Of a stretch of 64,000 nucleotides of DNA, positions 1 through 10,981 are shown in pieces. The stretch covers positions 1 through 64,000 of the IMG/VR virus record IMGVR_UViG_2974651877_000001, one strand, 5' to 3'. The notes beneath the pieces were generated by a model. The model had not been told where the DNA came from. It was given only the letters and a program-made list of their open reading frames with translations, and did no database searches. The position numbers and the translations under genes were made by a program. The stretch's first letter is position 1; every line of letters starts with the position of its first letter. Origin of the DNA: a virus (lineage: Duplodnaviria > Caudoviricetes).

Positions 1-660
1 CTCAGCATCAGCAGCTCTAGCATCTGAGCAAGCAGCAGCAGCTAGTGAATCCAACGCGGCCTCTAGTGAATCCGCAGCAGCTAGTTCAGAAACCAACGCA
101 GCAAACTCAGCATCAGCAGCTCTAGCATCTGAGCAAGCAGCACGAAGCAGCAGCCTCCGTTTCCGAAGCTAACGCAGCAACATCCGAAACTAACGCAGCA
201 ATTCATGCAGCAAACGCAGAAGCAGCATTCGATAACTTCGATGACAAATACTTAGGTGCTAAGCCTTCTGACCCAACAACAGACAATGATGGCAATCCAC
301 TACAAGTAGGTGCTACCTACTGGAACACTACAGAAGACGAACAACGCTTCTGGAACGGTGCAGAATGGGACGTACCTTCAGAAACAGCTATTCAGGCAGC
401 TAACACAGCTGTAGCGGCACGTGATGCAGCTTTAATAGCAGAAGCAGCGGCGGAAGCCAGCGAGCAAGCAGCAGCGGCTTCCGAAACTAACGCTCTAGCA
501 TCCGAGATAGCGTCCGCAGCCAGCGAAGCAGCGGCAGCAACCTCAGAAACTAACGCAGCAGCTAGTGAGACAGCAGCAGCTAACAGTGCGTCTGCGGCAG
601 CAACATCAGAAGCTAACGCAGCAGCTAGCGAAGCAGCAGCGGCTAACAGCGCGTCTCTAG
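1..660 (+). repeat. Ala-rich coding tandem repeats (AAxSExNA-type units) of the fibre stalk
   Basis: Positions 1-37 are repeated exactly at 106-142; gcagca/gctagcgaa/actaacgca units recur through ~660. Confidence 0.9.
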
Positions 661-3600
661 CGTTACTGGGCGGAGAAGCCCTAAGTCGCGTAGCTCAAGC
701 GGTTCAGATGGGAATACGTCGCCGCCAGTACACTGGTTCTGGTTTCGCAGAGATGGGTCGTGGTTCCTCTGGTGTGTACCGTAACATCAACCAAGGGCTA
801 TCAGCTTATGGAGACAACCAATACTGGGAAAACGCTATCGGTTTAGGTATAGGTGGAGCAGGTACTAGCCGTACAGAACACCCTATAGCTATCATAGGTG
901 GCATAGAGCACGAAATAATGAACGTAGCCAGAACTCAGGGGTCTGAGATTCGTCTTCCTACAGCTCCAGATGGTTCGAAAACGTTCAACCCAGAGACGGG
1001 AGTGGTTCATAAGTTCACTTCTACAGCAGGGGTAGGAACAGAGTACGAAGCGTACACTACAGATTTCGATGCCTTCACATACCTAGAAATCGACCCTTAT
1101 GAGACAAAGACCGATACCACAGTAGAGGTCAGCTTCATTTTAGCTGAGTCTGACGGAGCTTTCCGTTACCTATTCGACACTAACACCCCTACTAGAACAT
1201 ACATTGGGGTAAATAACTCTGGTAACTTACAATTTTCTACCAATATCCAAAACCTACGAGTTAACGGAGAACCTACGCTCACAGATACTCTAGCTATTGT
1301 GCCAGGAAGAGAGTACCGTGTAACAGCAGATATTGTGGATGAGGTAACTATAGACTTACTTGGTTGTCGTTACGACACTACAGGCAAGTTTAAGGGACAA
1401 ATCTGGGATTACTGGTTCAGAACTCCTTCTTCTGAGGTACCTGACCGAAACTACAAGAACTTGGAATACGTTCCAGCTTCAGACCCAGTACCTGATAATG
1501 CAGTGTCTGCCGACGCTAACGGATACTCTAGCGAGGATTGGGGTCTAGACTGGGACAAGACAGCTAATAACTACGTAGATATTACGGAAGTAAGTGCGTG
1601 GGAAGCTCACGGGGATTTCGATATAGAAATGTTGGTGAAGGTAGATGTCCTACCATCTGGTACGGAACACATCAAACTAATCTCTGATGTACTACCTCAA
1701 GTACCTGATGCAGGTACCACAATTTCTATAAACCCTACTACGAAAAGATTCTGGTGTACGTACCTAGACGAGTCTAACCCTGCTAGTACAACTGTAGTAG
1801 AGGCGAATAAGACATACCATATTATGTATCGCCGTAGAGGAACTACTGGAGAGTTCCTAGTAAACGGTGAAGTAGAACTATCCGGAGTGGATATTGGGTC
1901 TAAACTTGTTTCCTCTATAGGGGCAGGTGGATATGGTCATGAGATGACCGGAGCACTATGGAATGTTAAGCTTACAGACGTTACTAACCCAGGTAACTCA
2001 CGAGCTTACCCAATGGTTCTTAACAGCCCTACTCAACCTACAACTACAGAGATTGAGGATTCTACGTTTGATAAGGACACAGCACCTTTCTACTCTCCTG
2101 ATTTAATTAACGAATCTGCCGGTGTGGATATCCAACCTTGGATTCCTACTACCGATAGCTGGAGTGTTAAGTTCAAGACTCAGGTGGACTCCCTTGAAGG
2201 GAACAACCAATGGTTCGTTCAACAGGTAGACGGTGGTACGGCTAAGATTATAGCCTACATAGGCACAGGAGCTCTAAGCTTCCGAGCTACTGACGGTGGA
2301 AACCTGAACAAGGCAGAGGACTTACGAATAGTCCCAGGACAGGTTCACGAAGTAGAGCTGCGTTGCGTTAACGGAACAGCACAATTCTTCTTGGATGGGG
2401 TGGCGTCAGCAAGTACCTGGTCTACGCCGGTATTTGAGGGAATATCCTCTTTCGGGTATAAGTTCAGTAGTAATAACCTATACGGAAGATTCTGGAACGT
2501 AGAGTTCACTGATAGTGCAGACGACACTAACAGTCGTTTCTATCCAGTTATAGAATACGACTCTGCAGCACCTAAAACAGGTACTGCTGTTGCACAAACC
2601 CACACTGTAACAGCTACAGCATTCTCTGCGGCAGCCGACTGGACACATGGCCCTCTAGGTGTATTTACTAGTGATGCTGCTAAAGTTGGTGGTGGTGTAA
2701 CTAACCAGTTCAACTTCATAGAAGGGCAAACATATACTGTAGAATATCATATTGTATCTACTCTTTCTATACCTGAAGATGTTCAGCTTCGTAATGCATC
2801 GATAGCTGCAGGGGCATCATCTCCATCCATAACTATCGGTAATGGGGCAGGAACCTTTACAGGTACTTGGACGTTTACAGCTGCAGCAGAAGGCGGCTCT
2901 ACAGGTATTTACTTAAGAGCGGTAGATTCTGAGGTAGGTGATACCTTACAGATAGTTAGCTTATTCGCTCGTTCAGCTGATGGAGAGATTGTAGGTCTTT
3001 CCGCAGGAAATGAGTGGGTACAGGCTGGAACAGATAGCCTAACTAAAGCCACTGCTAAGAACTTTGGAGGATTCCCATGGAATAACACTGCACTATCTAC
3101 AGACGCTACAGTTAACGGAGAAACTACAAAAGTAGCTTCTCTTCTAGAACCTTCAAGCAAGGCATTCCTAGAAGGTAACGGATTCTCTGTTATTACCAAC
3201 CGAAAGGATTTCGTAATGATAGAGTCTTGGACTGAAGACCTAGAAGACCTAGATATTGTATGCCCTTACGGTAACGTACAGTACTACGGTTCTGAGTCTG
3301 AAGCAGGGACTTTAGGAAATAATGCACCGCAAAGCTACTCTGCTTTCGGTGAGTGGGACACCAGTACTCACGGACTTAACGTAGTTTGGTCTACCTTAAC
3401 GGATTCAGAGAAAGCAGCATGGGCAGCACAGCCTAAACATAAGATTACATTCGACAGAGATACTGGTAAGTTCTACCAAGAACGATACAGAGTACGCTCT
3501 ATAGAAGGTGTTCAGAACGATTGGGTTCATGTGCTACCAGACGAGTCCAACGACTTACGTCATCAAGGGGGTTCAAGTTCCTCGTCTGCTGTAGTTGAGG

Positions 3601-4996
3601 CTAGAGGAGCGAGCACGTCTATTAAGGACTTAACCAGTGTTGGTGACCCTAACAAGTTCACATATACTAGAAGTACCTCTAAGACTGAAAGTGAGAGAGG
3701 TAGGTTTGTTAAGCATACGTCTACCGACTTCCCTACTTACGCGGTTCCTTTAGTACTTGTACAAAGAATGAACCAGGGTGTATACCATCCAGTACTGAAC
3801 CCATATGGTACAGCATCGCCTACAGTGCCGGACAGCCTAGCGTTAATCAATGTTACAGATAAGATTGACATACTACTAAGAGCTACTCAATACTACACCA
3901 TGTCTGACCTGTTCAAGCAAGGTAATGTATATGATTCCGACTTTATTGCAGGTAGGTACTCTGATACAGGGTCTTTCCGCTCTCCTAGTTCGTACCACGG
4001 TATTCGAGAAGGGGAAATCCAGTCTCACAACGGTATTTACAAACAGCAAATCACTGACCTACGTCTCAACGCTAATAAGCAAGACCACGCTAGGTTAATC
4101 CTAGAAGCTACGTCTTCTGCCTTCTCAGGCAATACTCGTGGATTCGAGGGTGTGACATTCACAAAGGTATTCCCGTCTGTGGCTAGTGTTACAAGTGATT
4201 ATACTGTGGTGGATAGTAGCAATGCTTCTGCTGTAGTAGCTGAAAAGATTATACCAGGCTCTTTCGATAAGATACCTGCGGTGGATATAGTAGGGTTGCC
4301 AGAAAGGATTATGGCAACATTCCCTGAGGGTGTGACAGGTAAGTGGAACTCTGATTTACCTGCTGCGACATCTAAGGATATCAAGCTAACCCGAAAAATG
4401 GTTCAGCCATTCCAACGAGTATTTACCTCTGACGATGGTAACACTTGGAGTAGAGATTCCATCTCTTACAGCGGTTCAGCTAACACAGTATTCGTAGGTG
4501 CCGGAGAGAACCAAGTACTCTTGTACTACTACGATGCAATTACAGTGTTCACGGAGCCAGATAGCTCTAGGAATATGTTAAGTGAGCCGGGTAGGGTAGT
4601 TTACTCCGCAAGGCATTTAAACGACAAAGGTAACAGGCTTTGTTGGTCAACTATAGGGAAATACGCTACGTCTACTCAGCATAGGGCAGATGGTAGAGCG
4701 TTACTTCTAGATTATTCATTGAATAACCTAGGGGCTCTGGAGACTAACGAAGACTACAAACCTCAACATACCCCATTAAACCTGGGGGTCCCAGATAACG
4801 ATTCTATCGCTTTCAAGGCTTTGCCTAAGCTAGTAGATGTAAAGATACCGAGTTCACTCCTTGGGGTGACAACGGAGACTTTGTCATCGAGAACGGTGAA
4901 GATACAGTTGTCGATATAAATGGAAATACTGTGAAAGTAGTCACTCACGTAGAACTACTACCAGTAGGTATCACAGACTATACACTAGTACGTTAA
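1..4996 (+). CDS. Large tail fibre / receptor-binding protein, 5'-truncated at the window edge; reading frame broken at ~143 and ~4841 (main ORF 708-4919)
   Basis: Ala/Ser-rich stalk (SASAALASEQAAA...), FDDKYLGAKPSDPTTDNDGNPLQVGATYWN motif typical of phage fibres, and repeated beta-rich modules. A WGDNGDFVIENGEDTVVDINGNTVKVVTH C-terminus lies in a shifted frame ending at 4996, just before a terminator. Confidence 0.8.
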
Positions 4997-5002
4997 ACTT
5001 AC

Positions 5003-5028
5003 GAGGGGCCTAGTGCCCCTCTTTCTTT
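5003..5028 (+). terminator. Intrinsic terminator
   Basis: gaggggc-ctagt-gcccctc followed by tttcttt. Confidence 0.7.
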
Positions 5029-5038
5029 AGGAGACAAC

Positions 5039-7237
5039 ATGTCTAATAATAAACTAATAACATCTACGGCACCTGGAGTAGCTCCCACTACACAGCAACT
5101 GGGCCCTCATCAGTTAGGTGTTAGTACCAAAGACTCTAAGATATACGTCAACAACGGTACTGAAATAATTGACGTATTAGGGCTAGTATTTGAGGTACCT
5201 CAAACAGTAACAGCTACTAGGAGTTACGTTGTGGATGGGGCAGCACTCTCTATATCTCCAGAAACCGCCAATAACTCTTTCTACATGTCATTTAAGACAG
5301 CGGCCCAAACAGAGGTTGGTAGGTTAGGTAAAGTAACAACCAGCTCTAGTAATCACGATATTAAGCTGCAAGGTATTGGTGCTGTTGGGTTACACAGGGA
5401 TTATATCACTAATGATGACCATCAAATGGTATTGATGTCCGACGGTAGAACCATAGTCTCAGCGAAACCTACTTCGGACGGAATCTTCCTACGACCTAAA
5501 GGATATAGCGAAACGGATAATCAGTGGAGTATAGATAGCGGAGGTACTGTAAGGCATCGCCATGAATCAGGTACTGCGTATGACATTAGAGATTCGGTGG
5601 ACTCGGGTGTAGGTAGCTCTTCTTACATGGCCTGGACCCATGATGATGCCGTCCGCAGAGGTTGGTTTGGTTATGGCTCTGCTAGCGATAATCACTTCTC
5701 TTGGAGAAACGAGGAAGGGGCAGGAGTACCTGAGATAGTGCTACAAGAAGGTGGTAGGATAAAACTTAACCCAGGGACAGATAACGCTGTAGATGCGGAA
5801 AACTCAGCTATATACTACGGCCGCAGCTACTGTAATGCTGCCGTAGGTGGTTCGTGGGGGCATAGTTCATTCGCCGCTTTAGCGCTATTGAATACAACAT
5901 CAGGGCCGGCCTATACAGTGTTTAAGATGGGAACCGACGGTCCTAAGCTACAAGCATTAGGTGAAGGGGGTAGTACTGTACGCCTGTATCCTGGCGGTGG
6001 TAATGCGAACTTTACTGCATGGTTGCCTAATTCCTGGACGCACTACTATACCGGCACTAGCCCTATGAGTTGGGATATGTTTGCTGAAACAGCTAACGTC
6101 AATACCTCTATTCGAATGAGAGAAGACGGTAACAACCATGGTGTTGAGTTCGGGTACGCAGGTGCCTCTAACAATAACGAGTTCTTCTTGAATATGCGAC
6201 AAGGCGGCTCAGATAACCGTGCATTTAGTATTTACCGAGACCGTAGTCGCGCAGTCTTCAATACAGAACGACTGGATGTTGAATCTAGTGGTGCTGAGAA
6301 GATGCTTCTGTACCGTGCGGATGGTGATGCTAACGTAAATATTCGTTACTCTAGTAGCTCTGGTGCTGACGTATGGGCAGGTAAAACTACAAACAACTTC
6401 GCTATTGGTAGTGCTTCAGACTTATCTTCTGCAGGCAATCAATGGATGATTATTGGTAGTGCCGCAGCTACTTTCCGTGTACCTGTTGTGTTGGAGGGCG
6501 GTTCACCTTCAGGCAGCCATGCTATTCGTCGTGATTGGGCTGAAGATAACTTATTCCGCCGCAATGTGCAGAGTGTTACTTCTCAGGACTGGAATACGTT
6601 ATACAACTCTGGGTTTTCATCAGTTAATAATGGCGTTGGTTTAAACCAGCCTAGCGCACCTATTGTTGGCAACGCCTACACGTATGGTTCATTGTTGTCT
6701 ATGTCGCACACTAATACAAACTCTGGTGTTAAAACACAGTTATATTTTCCACATAATGCAAGTAGTCCAGACACGACACCGCGATTACCAGTCTACCGTT
6801 CAGGATATACTAGTGATTACGGTAACTGGCGTACTCTGCTGACATTACAGTACGCAGACATTAGATATACACAGACGTCTTCTGATATCAACCTAAAAAC
6901 TGATATCGCCGAGATTCAGGACGCTACCAGCATAGTTAATGCACTAGGTACTTACTCTTTCCTAAAACAGAATGCTGAAGTTAAGTTCTTGAAAGAGGAA
7001 GGAGAATACCAAGGACAAGAAGAAGAGTACTCCTTCGAAATGGGCTTCATAGCTCAGGAAGTGGAGAAAGTACTACCTCACTTAGTGGGAGAAGACCAGT
7101 TTGGTTACAAAACCATTAAGTCCAAGGATAATACGCTACTGGCTGTAGCATACCAAGCTCTTAAAGAATCCAACAAGAGAGTAGACGACCTAGAAACTAG
7201 GCTCAAAGCCCTAGAAAAACTTTTAGGCGTTATATAA
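5039..7237 (+). CDS. L-shaped tail fibre-like protein with C-terminal intramolecular chaperone (peptidase S74)
   Basis: 732 aa, Gly-rich beta body; SDINLKTDI cleavage motif, GFIAQEVEKVLP and a terminal coiled coil. Confidence 0.85.
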   Translation: MSNNKLITSTAPGVAPTTQQLGPHQLGVSTKDSKIYVNNGTEIIDVLGLVFEVPQTVTATRSYVVDGAALSISPETANNSFYMSFKTAAQTEVGRLGKVTTSSSNHDIKLQGIGAVGLHRDYITNDDHQMVLMSDGRTIVSAKPTSDGIFLRPKGYSETDNQWSIDSGGTVRHRHESGTAYDIRDSVDSGVGSSSYMAWTHDDAVRRGWFGYGSASDNHFSWRNEEGAGVPEIVLQEGGRIKLNPGTDNAVDAENSAIYYGRSYCNAAVGGSWGHSSFAALALLNTTSGPAYTVFKMGTDGPKLQALGEGGSTVRLYPGGGNANFTAWLPNSWTHYYTGTSPMSWDMFAETANVNTSIRMREDGNNHGVEFGYAGASNNNEFFLNMRQGGSDNRAFSIYRDRSRAVFNTERLDVESSGAEKMLLYRADGDANVNIRYSSSSGADVWAGKTTNNFAIGSASDLSSAGNQWMIIGSAAATFRVPVVLEGGSPSGSHAIRRDWAEDNLFRRNVQSVTSQDWNTLYNSGFSSVNNGVGLNQPSAPIVGNAYTYGSLLSMSHTNTNSGVKTQLYFPHNASSPDTTPRLPVYRSGYTSDYGNWRTLLTLQYADIRYTQTSSDINLKTDIAEIQDATSIVNALGTYSFLKQNAEVKFLKEEGEYQGQEEEYSFEMGFIAQEVEKVLPHLVGEDQFGYKTIKSKDNTLLAVAYQALKESNKRVDDLETRLKALEKLLGVI

Positions 7238-7241
7238 ACAA

Positions 7242-7273
7242 AAACCCCAGAGTCTTATAAGACTCTGGGGTTT
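7242..7273. terminator. Bidirectional terminator between convergent late and early units
   Basis: Perfect palindrome aaaccccagagtctta/taagactctggggttt with A and T tracts at both ends. Confidence 0.85.
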
Positions 7274-7277
7274 CTTA

Positions 7278-7703
7278 CTATGTGCGGCCGGAACTACCGT
7301 ACCCACCTTCACCTCTTTCGGTTTCTTCTATATTTACGCTCCCGATTACAAAATCGGTTCTACAAGGGACTAGTACCATCTGGCACATGCGCTCAAAGTC
7401 TTCCATCCAGAAGCCTTCTTCAAAGGTACAGGCTAGTCGGATAACTCCTCTATAGTCCGCATCAATAACACCTACGGTGTTAAGTATGCGAAGCTTGTAT
7501 TTAACGCCCAGTCCACTGCGTGGGAATATCAAACCAACCCATCCTTTAGGTATGGCACAACGAACACCTAAGCTGAAGTGATATTCTACGCCTGGGTCAA
7601 TCCACTGATTCTTAGCGTTTACTCTGAGGTCTATGCCTCCCGCCATCTCCGAACCTAGGGTTGGCATACAGCCTTCGTTCTCTACTTGAAATACTGGTCT
7701 CAT
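7278..7703 (-). CDS. dut: dUTPase
   Basis: AGGIDL, PRSGLG, GVIDADYRG and RGEGGYGSSG motifs. Confidence 0.97.
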   Translation of the reverse strand: MRPVFQVENEGCMPTLGSEMAGGIDLRVNAKNQWIDPGVEYHFSLGVRCAIPKGWVGLIFPRSGLGVKYKLRILNTVGVIDADYRGVIRLACTFEEGFWMEDFERMCQMVLVPCRTDFVIGSVNIEETERGEGGYGSSGRT

Positions 7704-8614
7704 AGCTCTGAAATATCCTCCATATCAATACTATCGTGAACTTGGTTAGCTAGCATGTCAATTAAGTCATCAACGTACTCAAGAGCTTCAGGGTTTTCTG
7801 CGATAATCTCAGGGCTGAAGGTTTTTAAGTCCATTAGCATCAGATTACGCTCTAGGATTTCCTCTGAAGCGTTGAGGTTTTGTATGTACTTCTGCTTACC
7901 TGGTAGTGGCAAGTCGTCAATTAGCTCGTACAGACTATCGTAGTTTCTGATTATGCTGTAGGCTCGTTTATCTCCGATGCCTTCTACTCCACGAATACCG
8001 TCCGATAGGTCTCCTTTTAGGCATTTCATAAGAACATACTGCTCAGGATTATCACACGCATGTTCCTCAAAGAAGTTACACCCTTCTTCCCCGTTGTTGA
8101 AGAAGAACTCCTTTCTAGAAGCATATGAGAATCGATGTACTTTAGGGCTTAGCAACTCATCCCAGTCCTTATCCGTTGAGATTAGCCAGATATTATCATA
8201 GACACCTTCTAAGCCCATAACTAGGTATGCAGCGAAGTCGTCCGCCTCAATACCCGTAAACCTAACCAAGTGCATGCTGCTGCGGGTAATTAGGTCTATA
8301 GTTCTGTCAAACCCAGCGAAGAACTCCATTGCTGCTTCTTTTTCTTGTTCTGTTTGCTTGCTGTAATCTCGGTTTCCTTTGTAGCCTTCATACAGCTCTT
8401 TTCTGTGGTAGGAGCCTTTATGGTCAGACAATACAACAATATCTTCGCAACTATAGGATTTAGCTAAAGAGTTAACCGTTTTTAGGTAGTCTGTAGCAAA
8501 CTCTGACTGACCTTTGTGCTTCCATCGGAAAGCTAAGTTAAATCCATCCACAATTAGCAGGTTTTTACCTGTCTTTCGTTCATCTTTCTTCGGTAATTCC
8601 CAGCCTTGCATCAT
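7700..8614 (-). CDS. D15: Flap endonuclease / 5'-3' exonuclease (T5 D15)
   Basis: LLIVDGFNLAFR, YKGNR, EADD, STDKDWD and GDLSDGIRGVEGIG motifs. Confidence 0.95.
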   Translation of the reverse strand: MMQGWELPKKDERKTGKNLLIVDGFNLAFRWKHKGQSEFATDYLKTVNSLAKSYSCEDIVVLSDHKGSYHRKELYEGYKGNRDYSKQTEQEKEAAMEFFAGFDRTIDLITRSSMHLVRFTGIEADDFAAYLVMGLEGVYDNIWLISTDKDWDELLSPKVHRFSYASRKEFFFNNGEEGCNFFEEHACDNPEQYVLMKCLKGDLSDGIRGVEGIGDKRAYSIIRNYDSLYELIDDLPLPGKQKYIQNLNASEEILERNLMLMDLKTFSPEIIAENPEALEYVDDLIDMLANQVHDSIDMEDISEL

Positions 8615-9105
8615 TTAGCTAAATCCTCCAACTTAATATTATTTAAGAATGCTTTGAAATCTACTACAAAATATTCTTCTACGTCATCCGATACTTTGAT
8701 AATAGCGTAAGGTACTTCACTAACTACCTTCTCCACTAGAGGGTCTTTCGTTCTTATAGCTATGAACCAAGGGCCTCTATCCTTCTTAAACACTAGAACT
8801 GGTCTAGCATTCATTTCTCCAGCTTCACGCTCTGTTTGCAGGAGCCACTTTTCCATTTGACTTTGTGTCTTTGTTTGCTTTAACATATTAGAGTTAAACT
8901 GCTCATCCGCGTAGTGTTTAACCTCAATACAGTACAGGCTCATTAGGCCTGTGGAGTTAGGGAGATAAATATCTCCCTTAAGCCCATGTTGTGAGCCAAA
9001 CCCACCGGAACCGGGAACTCGTTCCCATTGCGCTCCTGTAGCAGCTCTAAGTAGGTCTCTGACAGCATACTCAGCTCTCTGACCTTTATCTCGTGAATTA
9101 GCCAT
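8611..9105 (-). CDS. D14: Holliday junction resolvase-like protein (T5 D14)
   Basis: SRDKGQRAE, RVPGSG, GD...IEVK PD-(D/E)XK pattern; T5 synteny. Confidence 0.85.
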   Translation of the reverse strand: MANSRDKGQRAEYAVRDLLRAATGAQWERVPGSGGFGSQHGLKGDIYLPNSTGLMSLYCIEVKHYADEQFNSNMLKQTKTQSQMEKWLLQTEREAGEMNARPVLVFKKDRGPWFIAIRTKDPLVEKVVSEVPYAIIKVSDDVEEYFVVDFKAFLNNIKLEDLAK

Positions 9106-10981
9106 TGTTTTTGTTTATCCTTGAAAACCCGTCCTCTTTAGAGACGTACAGCTTATTAGTAAGTGGGTGCTCGTAGCCGTGGGAAACTAGGAATGTGTTA
9201 AGTTCCGTTTCCTTCTGTAATAAGTCTACTAACCTGTCACGCCCTAGCGGGTCGATAACAGAGATAATTTCGTCTAAGAACAGTACGTTGATGTCTACTG
9301 AGTTTAGAGTACTAAGTATTTTACGTATAGCTAGTAAAGTAGCCACTTGCACGTTAGCAAACTCACCAGAGCTTAGAGAGTTCACCTCTACCAGCTCAGA
9401 ATTGTCGTATACGACAACGTCGAGCTTAGTCCCAGACAGCTCAAAACCTAACGCGAATTGTCCCGCCGTAAGCTCTGATAGGTACTCGTTAAGCGTTTCT
9501 TCAAGAGACTTAATTGAGCTTTCAATCTTGTACGCCACAAGCCCTTTTGCACCGAAGGCTTTAGTAAGTACTTTGTAATCAGATAGCTTGTCATTCGCTA
9601 ATTCGAACTCCTTTTCTAGTTCTTGTAGTTCTTGTCTGCGCTCATCCAACTGCTCTAGAATCTGCTCTCGCTTAGCGTTGTTTTGCTCTGCGGCAGAGTT
9701 GTGTTCCGTAGCCCTGTCAATTTCGCGTCTCAGTTGTTGGGACTGTCTTGTCAGCTTGCGTAGTTGTTCTTCCAGGTCTTCGACACTTTCTGGCTCTGTT
9801 TCGTAGTCTGGGCAGTTTTCCAAGGTTTGAGTTAAATACTCTTCTGCTGACTGTAGCATGTTAGTCAGGGTCTCAGAACGTCTTACATAATTAGCATAGG
9901 TTTTATGCTTACTCTGCTCAGCCTCTAAGGCCGTAACCTGTTCTTCAAGCTTATCTCGCTCAGGTCTTAAAGCTAGCCATCTTGCTTTAGCAGCGTCTCT
10001 AGCTTTCTCTGCTTCCGTCACGTCTAGTGACGAGCCACAGGTTGGGCACTCTGTGTTCTCCGCAGAGTCCTTGAACTTAACGTATGTAGCTTTCTCTGTG
10101 GCCATATTAGCTTTCACAGTGCTTAGCTCATTATTTACTTTCTGTAGCTCTGCTGACCTATCGTCTGCTTCCTCCGGGGCTTCTCCTAAAGCCTCAAGGT
10201 CTTGCTGCGCTTTTTTATGTTTGTTTTTTGCTGCGGCTACTGCAAGCTTTTGTTTGCCGATTCTTTCGTTGCGCTCAGTTGTTCCGCTCACTTTTGCTCG
10301 GAGGTTAGCAATGTCATCGGTAAGGGTCTCGTCGAATTCTGGAATTTCTACCGTTTCTTCTAAATCAGGGATGGAAGAATGACGAGATAACCAGCTAGAT
10401 GTCGAGTCTAGCGCACCTTTGATTCTCTGAACGTCGTTTGAACAATCCTTAGAATATTCTTTTAATTGGCTCTCGATTTTTTCATATTCTTCTAAGCCTA
10501 AAAGTCCCACTAAGAACTTCTTACGGTTAGTATCTGTTGCAGTAAGGAAATCTAGACTAGACTTCATTGACTGATATACTAACTTAGAGAATGTTGAAAA
10601 ATCCAAACCAATTTCTTTCTCTAGGATTTTATACGTTTGTGTGGCTGTATGTCCACTTATATCTTGACCGTTCTTCAGCAACTTAACCTTAGCGGTAGAC
10701 TTGACTATCTTCTCTACTTCGAAGAAGTCATCCCCGATGGAGAAGGTAGCTTTCATACTGTAGTTATCTGAGTAGCGATTCTTTACAGAAGCTTTCTTAA
10801 CCCCTCTAGAGTTTTTATTATACAGCAGCTCCTCTAAAGCTCCTGGGATTGAGCTCTTACCGCTACCATTGGCACCGATTATTTGAGTGACCCTGGCCTC
10901 GTCAAAAGAGATTAAGTTCCCCTCTCCGTAAGCAAAAACATTGTCAAACAAGAACTCATGAAGTTTTAACTGCACTAGCAA
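9098..10981 (-). CDS. D13: SbcC/Rad50-like recombination ATPase (T5 D13)
   Basis: Walker A GANGSGKS, CPTCG zinc hook, LSSGE signature and LFLDE Walker B. Confidence 0.95.
   Translation of the reverse strand: MLVQLKLHEFLFDNVFAYGEGNLISFDEARVTQIIGANGSGKSSIPGALEELLYNKNSRGVKKASVKNRYSDNYSMKATFSIGDDFFEVEKIVKSTAKVKLLKNGQDISGHTATQTYKILEKEIGLDFSTFSKLVYQSMKSSLDFLTATDTNRKKFLVGLLGLEEYEKIESQLKEYSKDCSNDVQRIKGALDSTSSWLSRHSSIPDLEETVEIPEFDETLTDDIANLRAKVSGTTERNERIGKQKLAVAAAKNKHKKAQQDLEALGEAPEEADDRSAELQKVNNELSTVKANMATEKATYVKFKDSAENTECPTCGSSLDVTEAEKARDAAKARWLALRPERDKLEEQVTALEAEQSKHKTYANYVRRSETLTNMLQSAEEYLTQTLENCPDYETEPESVEDLEEQLRKLTRQSQQLRREIDRATEHNSAAEQNNAKREQILEQLDERRQELQELEKEFELANDKLSDYKVLTKAFGAKGLVAYKIESSIKSLEETLNEYLSELTAGQFALGFELSGTKLDVVVYDNSELVEVNSLSSGEFANVQVATLLAIRKILSTLNSVDINVLFLDEIISVIDPLGRDRLVDLLQKETELNTFLVSHGYEHPLTNKLYVSKEDGFSRINKNNG

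Noticed and set aside
1-7237. Diversity-generating retroelement or invertible shufflon acting on the fibres
   Set aside because: No reverse transcriptase, invertase, template/variable repeat pair or inverted cassettes seen.
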